Below, piece after piece: positions 10,625 to 22,754 of a stretch of 64,000 nucleotides of DNA. The translations under genes and the position numbers were made by a program. The stretch spans positions 40,860,001 to 40,924,000 of the forward strand of contig NC_086108.1 of NCBI RefSeq assembly GCF_963921235.1, in the 5' to 3' direction. How positions within the stretch are numbered: the stretch's first letter is position 1; every line of letters begins with the position of its first letter. The notes under the pieces were generated by a model that saw only the letters and a list, made by a program, of their open reading frames with translations, did not search any database and was not told the DNA's origin. This stretch comes from Mobula hypostoma. Lineage: Eukaryota.

Positions 10625-13250
10625 TTGCAGGGGGATGGGAACCAGAGTGCCAGAGCTGACAGTGTGGCTGGGGTGAAAATAAATGATGTTGAAAGTTTAA
10701 GCAAATCCGCTGATAGAAAGGTTGTGAGTGGTGGTAAAAATCTTCTGAGGTGTATATCTTTCAATGCTAGGAGTATTGCGGGGAAGGCGGATGAGTTGAG
10801 GGCGTGGATTGACACGTGGAATTATGATGTTGTAGCAATTAGTGAAACTTGGCTACAGGAGGGGCAGGACTGGCAGCTTAATATTCCAGGTTTCCGATGT
10901 TTCAGATGTGATCGAGGCAGAGGAATGAAAGGTGGGGGAGTAGCATTGCTTGTTAGGGAAAATATTACAGCAGTGCTCAGGCAGGACAGATTAGAGGGCT
11001 TGTCTACTGAGTCCTTATGGGTGGAGTTGAGAAACAGGAAAGGTATGGCCACATTAGTGGGATTGTATTACAGACCACCCAATAGTCAACGAGACTTGGA
11101 AGAGCAAATCTGCAGAGAGATAGCAGGCAACTGCAGGAAACATAAAGTTGTGGTGGTAGGGGATTTTAATTTTCCATACATTGATTGGGAATCCCATACT
11201 GTTAGGGGTCTAGATGGTTTAGAGTTTGTAAAATGTGTTCAGGAAAGTTTTCTAAATCAATATATAGAGGGACCAACTAGAGGGGATGCAATATTGGATC
11301 TCCTGTTAGGAAATGAATTAGGGCAAATGACAGAAGTCTGTGTAGGGGAGCACTTTGGTTCCAGTGATCATAACACCATTAGTTTCAATTTGATCATGGA
11401 CAAGGATAGATCTGGTCCTAGGGTTGAGGTTTTGAACTGGAAGAAGGCCAAATTTGAAGAAATGAGAAAGGATCTAAAAAGCGTGGATTGGGACAGGTTG
11501 TTCTCTGGCAAAGGTGTGATTGGTAGGTGGGAAGCCTTCAAAGGGGAAATTTTGAGAGTGCAGAGTTTGTATGTTCCTGTCAGGATTAAAGGCAAATTGA
11601 ATAGGAATAAGGAACCTTGGTTCTCAAGGGATATTGCAACTCTGATAAAGAAGAAGAGGGAGTTGTATGAAATGTATAGGAAACAGGGGGTAAATCAGGT
11701 GCTTGAGGAGTATAAGAAGTGCAAGAAAATACTTAAGAAAGAAATCAGGAGGGCTAAAAGAAGACATGAGGTTGCCTTGGCAGTCAAAGTGAAGGATAAT
11801 CCAAAGAGCTTTTACAAGTATATTAAGAGCAAAAGGATTGTAAGGGATAAATTGGTCCTCTTGAAGATCAGAGTGGTCGGCTTTGTGCTGAACCAAAGGA
11901 AATGGGGGAGATCTTAAATAGGTTTTTTGCGTCTGTATTTACTAAGGAAGCTGGCATGAAATCTATGGAATTGAGGGAATCAAATAGTGAGACCATGGAA
12001 ACTGTACAGATTGAAAAGGAGGAGGTGCTTGCTGTCTTGAGGAAAATTAAAGTGGATAAATCCCCGGGACCTGACAGAGTGTTCCCTCGGACCTTGAAGG
12101 AGACTAGTGTTGAAATTGCGGGGGCCCTGGCAGGAATATTTAAAACATGGACTTCAGTAAGGCCTTTCACAAGGTCCCACATGGGAGGTTAGTTAGGAAA
12201 ATTCAGTCGCTAGGTATACATGGAGAGGTGGTAAATTGGCTTAGACATTGGCTCGATGGAAGAAGCCAGGGAGTGGTGGTAGAGAATTGCTTCTCTGAGT
12301 GGAGGCCTGTGACTAGTGGTGTGCCACAGGGATCAGTGCTGGGTCCATTGTTATTTGTCATCTATATCAATGATCTGGATGATAATGTGGTAAATTGGAT
12401 CAGCAAGTTTGCTGATGATACAAAGATTGGAGGTGTAGTAGACAGTGAGGAAGGTTTTCAGAGCCTGCAGAGGGACTTGGACCAGCTGGAAAAATGGGCT
12501 GAAAAATGGCAGATGGAGTTTAATACTGACAAGTGTGAGGTATTGCACGTTGGAAGGACAAACCAACGTAGAACATATAAGGTTAATGGTAAGGCACTGA
12601 GGAGTGCAGTGGAACAGAGGGATCTGGGAATACAGATACAAAATTCCCTAAAAGTGTCGTCACAGGTAGATAGGGTCATAAAGAGAGCTTTTGGTACATT
12701 GGCTTTTATTAATCGAAGTATTGAGTATAACAGCTGGAATGTTATGATGAGGTTGTATAAGGCATTGGTGAGGCCGAATCTGGAGTATTGTGTTCACTTT
12801 TGGTCACCAAATTACAGGAAGGATATAAATAAGGTTGAAAGAGTACAGAGAAGGTTTACAAGGATGTTGCCGGGACTTGAGAAACTCAGTTACAGAGAAA
12901 GGTTGAATAGGTTAGGACTTTATTCCCTGGAGCGTAGAGGAATGAGGGGAGATTTGATAGAGGTATATAAAATTATGATGGGTATAGATAGAGTGAATGC
13001 AAGCAGGCTTTTTCCACTGGGGCAAGGGGAGAAAAAAACCAGAGGACATGGGTTAAGGGTGAGGGGGGAAAAGTTTAAAGGGAACATTAGCGGGGGCTTC
13101 TTCACACAGAGAGTGTTGGGAGTATGGAATGAGCTGCCAGACGAGGTGGTAAATGCGGGTTCTTTTTTAACATTTAAGAATAAATTGGACAGATACATGG
13201 ATGGGAGGTGTATGGAGGGATATGGTCCGTGTGCAGGTCAGTGGGACTAG
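10625..13250 (+). pseudogene. CR1 ORF2 (APE endonuclease + reverse transcriptase), disrupted
   Basis: Endonuclease motifs NARSI, ISETWL, YYRPP, VGDFN, LDLLL, SSDHN; RT motifs MDFSKAF, SGVPQGSVLGPLLF, KFADDTK; C-terminal TRGH. Frameshift near 11850 and a deletion at about 12146 (IFK joined directly to MDFSKAF). Confidence 0.95.
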
Positions 13251-13574
13251 GCAGAAAATGGTTCGGCACAACCAAGAAGGGCCAAAGGGCCTGTTTCTGT
13301 GCTGTAGTTTCTATGGTTTCTATGGTTTCTATGGTCTCTCGAGTTTACAGAGAATGGTCTGAAAAACAAAAAAACATCCAGTGAGCGTCAGTTCTGAGGG
13401 CAAAAACACCTTGTTACTGAGAGAGGTCAGAGGAAAATGGCTAGACTAGTTCAAGCTGACAGGAAGGTGAGAGCAACTCAAATAACCATGCCTTATAACA
13501 GTTGTGTGCAAAAGAGCATCTCTGAATGCACAACACAGTGAACATTGAAGGGCAGCAGAAGACCACAAGCTCAT

Positions 13575-13825
13575 TGTGTATTTAATATTTCAACAATATT
13601 TTTGTAATGTTTAAATCATCTCATATATATAGGTTGATTAAACATTCTTGTTCATTTAAGTAATTTATTGCAGGTTAAATCTATAAATATGTGAACCATA
13701 TGTCATTGTGCTACCACATGGTATGTGTGCGCTTCACTTAAAGTAAACTCAAAGTTATACCTGCATTTTGGACTCCCATGTCTTCCTTAGAATTAGTTTA
13801 ATGCTTTGAAGTTACAGAACTTACA
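13575..13825 (+). mobile_element. Probable solo LTR (Gypsy-like, TG...CA) inserted in the Tc1 derivative
   Basis: tgtgtatttaatatttc...gaagttacagaacttaca. Similar to the reverse complement of 44355-44547, where the LTR start follows a polypurine tract. Confidence 0.55.
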
Positions 13826-16800
13826 TGCAGTGGCCACTTTATTCAGTATATGAGGTACCTAATAAAGTGACCACTGAGTTTATACACTGAATCTTCTTCT
13901 ACTAGCCTTGTAGACATCATATTTAAGATCATGACACTTATTCCTTCATGTTTCTTCCTTTATTTCACGTTTTCACGTGCCAATAACCTTAAAACTGTGA
14001 TTCCCCAGTGCAGGAGTCTTTTGTCATTCAAAACAATTCCTTATCTTATAAAACAAATATCTTCTTAGCCTTCTTTGAACCTTCTGATCATATGCTTCCT
14101 CTGAAGTAATCCTGAATTATACTTTTTTTGTTTTTTACTGTACAGAGATCAGTTCTATGCTGGACTCATTCCCTGTGTGTCCCTAGTGATCTTATTTTCT
14201 ATATGTGGAAAAGAATGCTCAGCTCATAATATAGGGAGCCACATTTATTTATTTGGAAGCAGCGTGATACATTGTGGACTAGGAAAGGTTTACATCCTCC
14301 TCGTTCTTCAGCGCCTACAATTTCCTCAAGCTTTGGAAGTCAAATTTGAGGACTTAAATCCTGCCCTGATGATGAGCAGAATGAATCATTGGAAAGGTTG
14401 CCATGGCACCACGAACTGTACTTCTGAGTCAAATTTTATTGGTACAAATGCCACACATTGGCAACAGCGACACGCTGACTCAACTTGGAACATTTCACAA
14501 GATAACAGTGCGGACAAATTTTAGGTTTGGAAAACTTTTGGACTCATCACTCACTCAACGATTTGATATTGTCCTGATATGCAGTAGCCCAGTATAATTC
14601 AATCAGTTGTATACTTATCCCTTCACCTATATGTAGTCAGGACATACTGGACAGGGCTGCACTAACTTGATTCATGCATGATCCCCATGTTCTTTTGCTC
14701 TCGTCACCATAAAAATAACCTTAGTATTTTGGTTTTGATCCAATAACATAGCTCTCTTCCAGTGTGATACTGAGCTGATAAAAAAAATGAATGCATTACA
14801 AGATGCAGTGTTTGCAAGTGGGGCTAAATAAGGCTCTTTAGATTTTACAACTTGGATATATTTACTGAGTCAGAAATTGGTATAAATGAAGCAGAGAATT
14901 TTTTTTATCTACGTCCACAAAATCTCTGTGCTCAACCCCTGCAAAGAAGTTTTAAGTCACTGATTACAGTTCTGTTAGGCCTTGCTGTTGATGGAAATCT
15001 TAACCCTTTCTACAATTAACCGGGTGCATACACGCATTTATATAGTTCAATATAATATCATCATCCAAATAGTATCAAGGTTATAGTATTCTGTGATAAC
15101 ATGGGTGATTGATCAGACAGGAATCTGTGAGGTACTGATCAGAAATGTAACTCATACCAAATTTTGGTTTGATGATCCAAGCTGGATGTGGCTTTGATCT
15201 TCTTGCATTGTTTTATAAGTGGAAACATGAATGACCAAATCAAGCTGAAGGTAATTCCCCTTCTGATTTTGACATGGACAATGTTTTAAAGACAACTCAT
15301 TAGGCAGCTGAAATCAATTTGTGCTAAATCAAGTTGAAATCGTGAATAGAGCCCAAGGCTCCACCCATTGCTGCTTCAATTAGCTTAATATAAAATTGGT
15401 TTAGCTAAAGCCCAAGAGTCTTTCCAAGTCTTTATTTGACTGAAACATAGAGAAATTTTCAATTACCAAAGTTGAAAAAAAATTGTAAATGTGTAATTGA
15501 AATAAAAATTGAAGGTTCAATTCAGAAACTGAAAACCTATATGAAAAATAATCAGTAACTCTGCTCCTTTATGGAGATGCAGGCAAAGACCCCTTTGTAG
15601 TATCTGTTTGTCAGCAAAGTTCACTGCACACAGATCAATGAGCCAGACCCATCAATGGGATGTTAGGTGCAGGACCAGTGACTTGGACTGCAGTTCCTCC
15701 TGAATGGTTCAAGATAACGTTAACATCCAGTATGTTAACATCATAGCCATCTAGGATAACTCACCAGGAAGACAGCAGCCATATTCTTATTCATACTTGA
15801 GCATCTCTAACCTTTGACATTTGCACAGAAAACTGGAGCTAAGTTTGTTGGCTTAAGCTAAATAGAACTATGCCTCAGAGAAATGCTATGAGCCTACTTC
15901 AAGAAAATGGCAAATGGTTTCATTTGTACTGTTGTACCCACAACTTCCATGTTGAAACCATACAAAAGTGATTTGGAGATTATTCTTGGGCAAATATGTC
16001 ACTTATCAAAAAGAAATGTCTGAATACATTTTGATGAGAATATGTTTTTATTCATGAGTTTAAGACAGTAATCTGTTTTGCGATCTATAGAAATATTACA
16101 TTTTTGGAGCCTTCCACCGTCACCTACTACGTGGATGAAGTTGATACATTACAGTACTCTAACTGTACTTCATTGCTTTTTAACAGCTTGGGGCATTGTG
16201 AAAGGTAATGCATCAATGCAAGTTTGTATTTTACATTGCCTATACCAGACCACTAAAATAATGCTTGAGGGACCTAATTAATTGGAGGACATTTAAACTC
16301 TGTTACCACATATTGTACTAATGTTCAATATAAGATTCAGACAAATTATTTTCATGGTAACCAAACCAACCACCTTCATTATTTTCTGGTGAAGGTGCCA
16401 AATCTGTACTAATTACAACAAATTTTTATTCTTATGCTTAGTGAAAGCCGATCTAAGTTAGCCCAATAACAAAACGTGTTCTATTTTTCCAAGTTCCTTC
16501 TCTGAGTCTGCAACAATGGGTTCAAAGGAAATTTGATTCAGATAGATTGATAATCTTTCCATGTTAAATTTAATGCTATGGTCTTGGTGTGATTATGTGA
16601 CATGTGAAATAAACATAGATTCTTGCAGACGTTTCTGGAGTTAATTGTGTTGCTTTTGTTGAAAATCTACTGATCCATTTTCTATACATCCGCCTTAAAA
16701 AGCAGAGATTAATTTGGCACAGCCTAATCACAGAAATCGCTTTTAAGTTTCTTATATGTTATAGGGTTGGCCAGTAAAGCACACAGGGTTCTTAACATTT

Positions 16801-17764
16801 CTATTCTTGGATATCTGTTTAATAATGAACACACTGGTGTGCATTCAAATGTTATTGCATTGAATAGAGAGAAATGTTTCTCTGCACAGAGCTAGCAACT
16901 ACATTTTCCTAAAGAATGTATCCTATAGTCAGCAAAATACAGCCCATAACATATTGTAATAAATCATTCACAATAAATATGGATGTAACAGTGCAGAGTT
17001 ATTTTAGTCAGAAGTAATTGTTCCATCTGGAGAGCTGATGCTGTTTGAATTTCTCTAATATAGCTTACCACCCTCAATCTATTCAACCACAATCAAACTG
17101 ATGAGCTCCAGACTTTTCAAAACCATTTAGGTTGCAATTGTCAATTCACCATGTCTGTTGCCAGGGGAAACCATAAGGTATTTTGTACTTCTACCCGCCC
17201 ATGTTGTTGGAAATACCAGCAATCTCCCAAATAATTGAAAAGTATTTTACATTTATGAATCTGCAGAGTAATATTAGAGTTATGTCATGTAAACTGATGA
17301 GCAATTATAAAGACACGTTTGCATTATTTACTCTTTCCTCTTGTAACAGATCCAAAAACTGGGGCATTGTGCACTGAAACACATTTGTTCGATAGAAGCG
17401 GGATCCGATTAGTTTTTGTGGCTCAGAAAATGTGTTCACTCATGTGGAAATGAAAATAATATAGTCAAGTCACTTATCACTTAATTCCCTGGCCTTAAAC
17501 CATGCTCTAATACTCTGAAAACACCCATAGTCCAGCAAATAGGAACTAATGAACATTTTGGAGCAATTACCTCACCCTCTTCTGCTCAAGAATTATCAGG
17601 TGATGGCTATCTAAGATGATCAAACATTAAATAAAGTCAAGTCTGGTTTACAGACAATAAATAGAATATTTTTGCAATCTATTATTTCATAATCTCTTTC
17701 ACCCAATAGCTTCAAGTCAGAGTGCCACTGTAGGATTATCACATATCAGTCTACATTTTCAGAA

Positions 17765-18205
17765 GACCATAACACCATAAAACATAGGAGCAAAATTATG
17801 TCAACAAGCCTTCTCCACCATTCATTCATGGCTGATTTATTTTTCCTCTCAACCCCGTTCTTCTGCCTTCTCCACAGAACCTTTGACACCCTTACTATTG
17901 GAGAAACCTATAAACCTCAGCTTTGAGTATACCATGTGCCTTGGCTTCCATAGTTGTTTGTGGCAAAGGATTCCACTGATTCAGCAGCATCTGGCTAAAG
18001 AACTTCCTATTCATCACTGTTCTAAAGGGATGTGCTTTTATTCTGAGGCAGTGCCATCTGGTCTTAGACTCTCCCATTTTTTGAAATATCTTCTCCATTA
18101 TATTTAGGCCTTTTGATGTTCTGTAGATTTCAACGAGATCCCCCTTCATTCTTCCAATGAGTGCAGGCCCAGACCCTTCAAATACTCTTCATTTGATAAC
18201 TGTTT
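17765..18205 (-). mobile_element. CR1 LINE 3' fragment
   Basis: MKGDLVEIYR...GESKTRWHCLRIK...RKFFSQ; tail aagaccataacaccataaaacataggagc. Confidence 0.85.
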
Positions 18206-18992
18206 CATTCCCATTTCTGGGAAGTTCAACTGTTAGCAAACTCTGACAGCTTTTAATAAGCCATGTCTTATGGTGCTAACAGACTGACAATGTGGTGTTA
18301 TTGGGTGTGCTGACTTCCAGCTAACAAAGTACTTTAAAACACAGTTCATTTATATTCAGTGATACACGTTTAAGTCCAAACAACATTCTTAAAATGCATT
18401 TAAAAGTCACCAAATTACAAACCATTTCTGAAACTCAAAGTACTTCTAAATTACAAAGCACAAAGAATAAACAATTTTCAAGATACAGGTACAATTCCAT
18501 AAATTAAACAGACGTACCCTTACCAATGATGCAGACAAATGAATCATCTGCTGCAGAAACTGAAGTCAGAGGAATGGACTTTAGTTCACCCCATGTTTCT
18601 TCCATGGTACTTGATGTTCCTTACCCCATTTCTCCTAATAAGCCTGAACTTCTGTCTGCATTTATACACTTTCTCTTTCACTTGAGTGACTTCGCATGTA
18701 TATGATATTTCTTCGGATACCCTTTATACACAAATAGTTTAAAAGCATCTTGGAGACACAGATTTCAGCTAGTTATCATTAATGTTCTGAAGCTAAGTTC
18801 CTTGAGTACATAAAACTCCCAACCATAAACACATCAGTTATATTTGATATGCTAAATGATATTATCCACCTAGTCTGCAAGCTTCCTTGAACTAAAACAA
18901 CAGGAATTCTGCGGATGCTGGAAATTCAAGCAACACACATCATAGTTGCTGGTGAACGCAGCAGGCCAGGCAGCATCTGTAGGAAGAGGTGC

Positions 18993-19027
18993 AGTCGACG
19001 TTTCAGGCGAGACCCTTCGTCAGGACT
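18993..19027 (-). ncRNA. Minimal type I hammerhead ribozyme motif in the 3' pLTR
   Basis: Minus strand reads AGUC-CUGACGA-AGGgucucgCCU-GAAAC-GUC-GACU: stem I, CUGANGA box, stem II, GAAA box, minimal palindromic stem III and a GUC cleavage triplet. Confidence 0.8.
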
Positions 19028-19320
19028 AACTGAAGGAAGAGTGAGTAAGGGATTTGAAAGTTGGAGGGGGAGGGGGAGATCCAAAATGATAGGAGAAGAC
19101 AGGAGGGGGAGGGATAGAGCCAAGAGCTGGACAGGTGATAGGCAAAAGGAGATACGAGAGGATCATGGGACAGGAGGTCCGGGAAGAAAGACAAGGGGGG
19201 GGGACCCAGAGGATGGGCAAGAGGTAAATTCAGAGGGACAGAGGGAGAAAAAGGAGAGTGAGAGAAAGAATGTGTGCATAAAAATAAGTAACAGATGGGG
19301 TACGAGGGGGAGGTGGGGCC

Positions 19321-22300
19321 TTAGCGGAAGTTAGAGAAGTCGATGTTCATGCCATCAGGCTGGAGGCTACCTAGACGGAATATAAGGTGTTGTTCCTCCA
19401 ACCTGAGTGTGGCTTCATCTTTACAGTAGAGGAAGCCGTGGATAGACATGTCAGAATGGGAATGGGATGTGGAATTAAAATGTGTGGCCACTGGGAGATC
19501 CTGCTTTCTCTGGCGGACAGAGCGTAGATGTTCAGCAAAGCGGTCTCCCAGTCTGCGTCAGGTCTCGCCAATATATAAAAGGCCACATCGGGAGCACTGG
19601 ACGCAGTATATCACCCCAGTCGACTCACAGGTGAAGTGTTGCCTCACCTGGAAGGACTGTTTGGGGCCCTGAATGGTGGTAAGGGAGGAAGTGTAAGGGC
19701 ATGTGTAGCACTTGTTCCGCTTACACGGATAAGTGCCAGGAGGGAGATCAATGGGGAGGGATGGGAGGGACAAATGGACAAGGGAGTCGCGTAGGGAGCA
19801 ATCCCTGCGGAATGCAGGGGTGGGGGGGGAGGGAAAGATGTGCTTAGTGGTGGGATCCCATTGGAGGTGGCGGAAGTTACGGAGAATAATATGTTGGACC
19901 CGGAGGCTGGTGGGGTGGTAGGTGAGGACCAGGGGAACCCTATTTCTAGTGGGGTGGTGGGAGGATGGAGTGAGAGCAGATGTACGTGAAATGGGGGAGA
20001 TGCGTTTAAGAGCAGAGTTGATAGTGGAGGAAGGGAAGCCCCTTTCTTTAAAAAAGGAAGACATCTCCCTCATCCTAGAATGAAAAGCCTCATCCTGAGA
20101 GCAGATGCGGCGGAGACGGAGGAATTGCGAGAAGGGGATGGCGTTTTTGCAAGAGACGGGGTGAGAAGGGGAATAGTCCAGATAGCTGTGAGAGTCAGTA
20201 GGCTTATAGTAGACATCAGTGGATAAGCTGTCTCCAGAGACAGAGACAGAAAGATCTAGAAAGGGGAGGGAGGTGTCAGAAATGGACCAGGTAAACTTGA
20301 GGGCAGGGTGAAAGTTGGAGGCAAAGTTAATAAAGTCAACGAGTTCTGCATGCGTGCAGGAAGCAGCGCCAATACAGTCGTCGATGTAGCGAAGGAAAAG
20401 TGGGGGACAGATACCAGAATAGGCACGGAACATAGATTGTTCCACAAACTGAACAAAAAGGCAGGCATAGCTAGGACCCATACGGGTGCCCATAGCTACA
20501 CCTTTAGTTTGGAGGAAGTGGGAGGAGCCAAAGGAGAAACTATTAAAAGTAAGGACTAATTCCGCGAGACGGAGCAGAGTGGTGGTAGAGGGGAACTGAT
20601 TAGGTCTGGAATCCAAAAAGAAGCGTAGAGCTTTGAGACCTTCCTGATGGGGGATGGAAGTATATAAGGACTGGACATCCATGGTGAAAATAAAGCGGTG
20701 GGGGCCAGGGAACTTAAAATCATCGAAAAGTTTAAGAGCGTGAGAAATGTCACAAACATAGGTAGGAAGGGATTGAACAAGGGGTGATAAAACTGTGTCG
20801 AGGTATGCAGAAACGAGTTCGGTGGGGCAGGAGCAAGCTGAGACAATAGGTCGGCCAGGACAGGCAGGTTTGTGGATCTTGGGTAGGAGGTAGAAACGGA
20901 AAGTGCGGGGTGTGGGAACTATAAGGTTGGTAGCAGTGGATGGGAGATCCCCTGAGCGGATAAAGTCAGTGATGGTGTGGGAGACAATGGCCTGGTGCTC
21001 CTTAGTGGGGTCACGATCGAGGAGTAAATAAGAGGAGGTATCCGTGAGTTGTCGCTGTGCCTCGGCAAGGTAGAGGTCAGTACGCCAGACTATAACAGCA
21101 CCCCCCTTATCGGCGGGTTTAATAATAAGGTTAGGATTAGTACGGAGGGAGTGGAGAGCAGAGCGTTCCGAAGGAGTGAGGTTGGAATGGGGACAAGGTG
21201 CGGTGAAGTTGAGACGGTTGATGTCCCGTCGGCAATTAGTGATAAAGAGATCCAGAGCAGGCAGAAGACCAGAGCGGGGTGTCCATGAAGAAGAGGAGGG
21301 TTGAAGACGGGAGAAGGGGTCATCGGTGGGGGTGGCAGAGTCCTTGCCGAAGAAGTAGGCTCGGAGACGGAGATGGTGGAAGAAGAGTTCCGCATCATGG
21401 CGAACACGGAACTCGCTGAGGTGTGGGCGAAGGGAGACAAACATGAGGCCCTTACTGAAAACAGAGCGTTCTGCCTCCGACAGTTGAAGGTCAGAGGGGA
21501 TGGTAAAGACCCGGCACGGATGACAGCTGGGATCAGAGGGGGGAGGGGGGAGGCTAGGGGTGTCAGTAGAGAGGGGAGGGTTGGGGTGAGAGGAAGATGG
21601 AGCCTCTGAGGGCCCAGGAGCTGACGGTGGGATCTGAGGAAGACGGGGCTGCGGAGTGGTGGTGGGGGAAGGGGAGACGGGAGTCACAACAGCAGCACTT
21701 GAAGACCCGGCCTGGAGCTCAAGGCTGGAATCTTGAGAGCTGGGATCAGAGGGGGGAGGGGGGAGGCTGGGGGTGTCAGTGGAGAGGGGAGGGTTGGGGT
21801 GAGAGGAAGATGGAGCCTCCGAGGGCCCAGGAGCTGACGGTGGGATCTGAGGGAGACGGGATTGCAGAGTATTGGTGGGGGAAGGGGAGACGGGAGTCAC
21901 AACAGCAGCACATAAAGACCCGGCCTGGAGTTCAAGGCTGGCGTCGCAGTTGGTGATTGCGCAATCGCTGTGAAGGTGTCCATGGTCGTTGCTGGAGTCC
22001 GGGTTTTGAATATGCCCTGAGGTGTTGGAGCCGGCGAGATCAATGGCAGGGGCCGCAATCTGAAGTTCATGCCTGCTAGTTTCAGGGCCAGCAGGCTCTG
22101 GAGTCCGTAAATGTAGGACCTTGCGATCTTTGCCTAACATGACAAAGTCAAAAAAACAGCGATTGCAGGCGTGAATCCGATGGAGGATGAAATAACGGGT
22201 AGGACCATTACAGACGGCGAAAAAAGTGTCCCGAAGGTGTGGAAGGGTCTGGGATAGGGACACCAAGTACCTCCTCATGGCGGAGAGAGTCTCCTTCAGA

Positions 22301-22584
22301 GTTTGACGGGAGAAGCGGCGAGAGGCAGAGTCAATAAAATGTGAGTACCTGGGATCCTCAGAAGGTCCAAATTGAGAGGCTTGGAAACGAATCCTAAAGC
22401 CAACTGGAGTAAGTTGGCGATGGAGGCACGTTCCAAGAAAGGATATATGGCTGTGATAGCGAGTCTGAGTCAAAGTATGGTCGAAAAGTTGAAGAGCCGA
22501 AGAAATTACAGATGGGGAGCAGTGAGAGATGGTTTCACTGAACTCCCGTCGAAGAGAGGATCTAAACTTCTTCGGTGTAGGCAT
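19321..22584 (-). CDS. Penelope-like polyprotein: N-terminal domain, Pro/Ser linker, RT, Cys linker, GIY-YIG endonuclease; one premature TGA at 19558-19560
   Basis: First ATG at 22584 (MPTPKKF). Motifs IKPADKGGAV, FYLLPKIHK, GRPIVS, MDVQSLYTSIP, GVAMGTRMGPSYA, LRYIDD, PFLDL, YYKPTD, CKRNKCYTC, VIYCVQCSRCGLLYIGET. The frame continues past the TGA as RRLGDRFAEHL...LEEQHLIFRLGSLQPDGMNIDFSNFR* (TAA at 19321-19323). Confidence 0.95.
21525..21941 (-). repeat. 213-bp in-frame tandem duplication inside the Penelope ORF
   Basis: Copies at 21525-21728 and 21738-21941 encode two SLELQAGS..AAVVTPVSPSPT...DTPSLPPPPSDPS units. Confidence 0.95.
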
Positions 22585-22718
22585 CACCGGAAGACGCTTC
22601 GCAGTAGTGAATTTAAACGCAAACAACAGGAATTCTGCAGATGCTGGAAATTCAAGCAACACACATCAAAGTTGCTGGTGAACGCAGCAGGCCAGGCAGC
22701 ATCTGTAGGAAGAGGTGC

Positions 22719-22754
22719 AGTCGACGTTTCAGGCCAAGACCCTTCGTCAGGACT
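22719..22754 (-). ncRNA. Minimal type I hammerhead ribozyme motif in the 5' pLTR
   Basis: AGUC-CUGACGA-AGGgucuuggCCU-GAAAC-GUC-GACU. Differs from the 3' copy only in loop II. Confidence 0.8.

Larger units (their letters stand above)
10082..13334 (+). mobile_element. Young CR1 LINE, 5'-truncated within ORF1, with an internal deletion in RT
   Basis: Esterase ORF1 plus APE/RT ORF2 and a 3' tail of (TTTCTATGG)x3 at 13308-13334. The host Tc1 sequence is continuous across the insertion (acaacgg|tctctcgag). Confidence 0.97.
9820..13880 (+). mobile_element. Internally deleted Tc1/mariner DNA transposon, interrupted by a CR1 and a solo LTR
   Basis: TA-flanked TIRs: ta|cactcggtgactggtttattaggtac (9820) and gtacctaataaagtgaccactgagtt|ta (13880). 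Decayed transposase N-terminal HTH coding sequence at about 9970-10081 resumes at 13335-13565 (SRVYREWSEK...GQRKMARLVQADRK...TQIT). Confidence 0.85.

Noticed and set aside
19558..19560. In-frame TGA as selenocysteine, as reported for some Naiad-type PLEs
   Set aside because: The position is Arg (CGA) in the copy near 6570 rather than Cys, the element has Neptune-type domain order, and I could not identify a SECIS.
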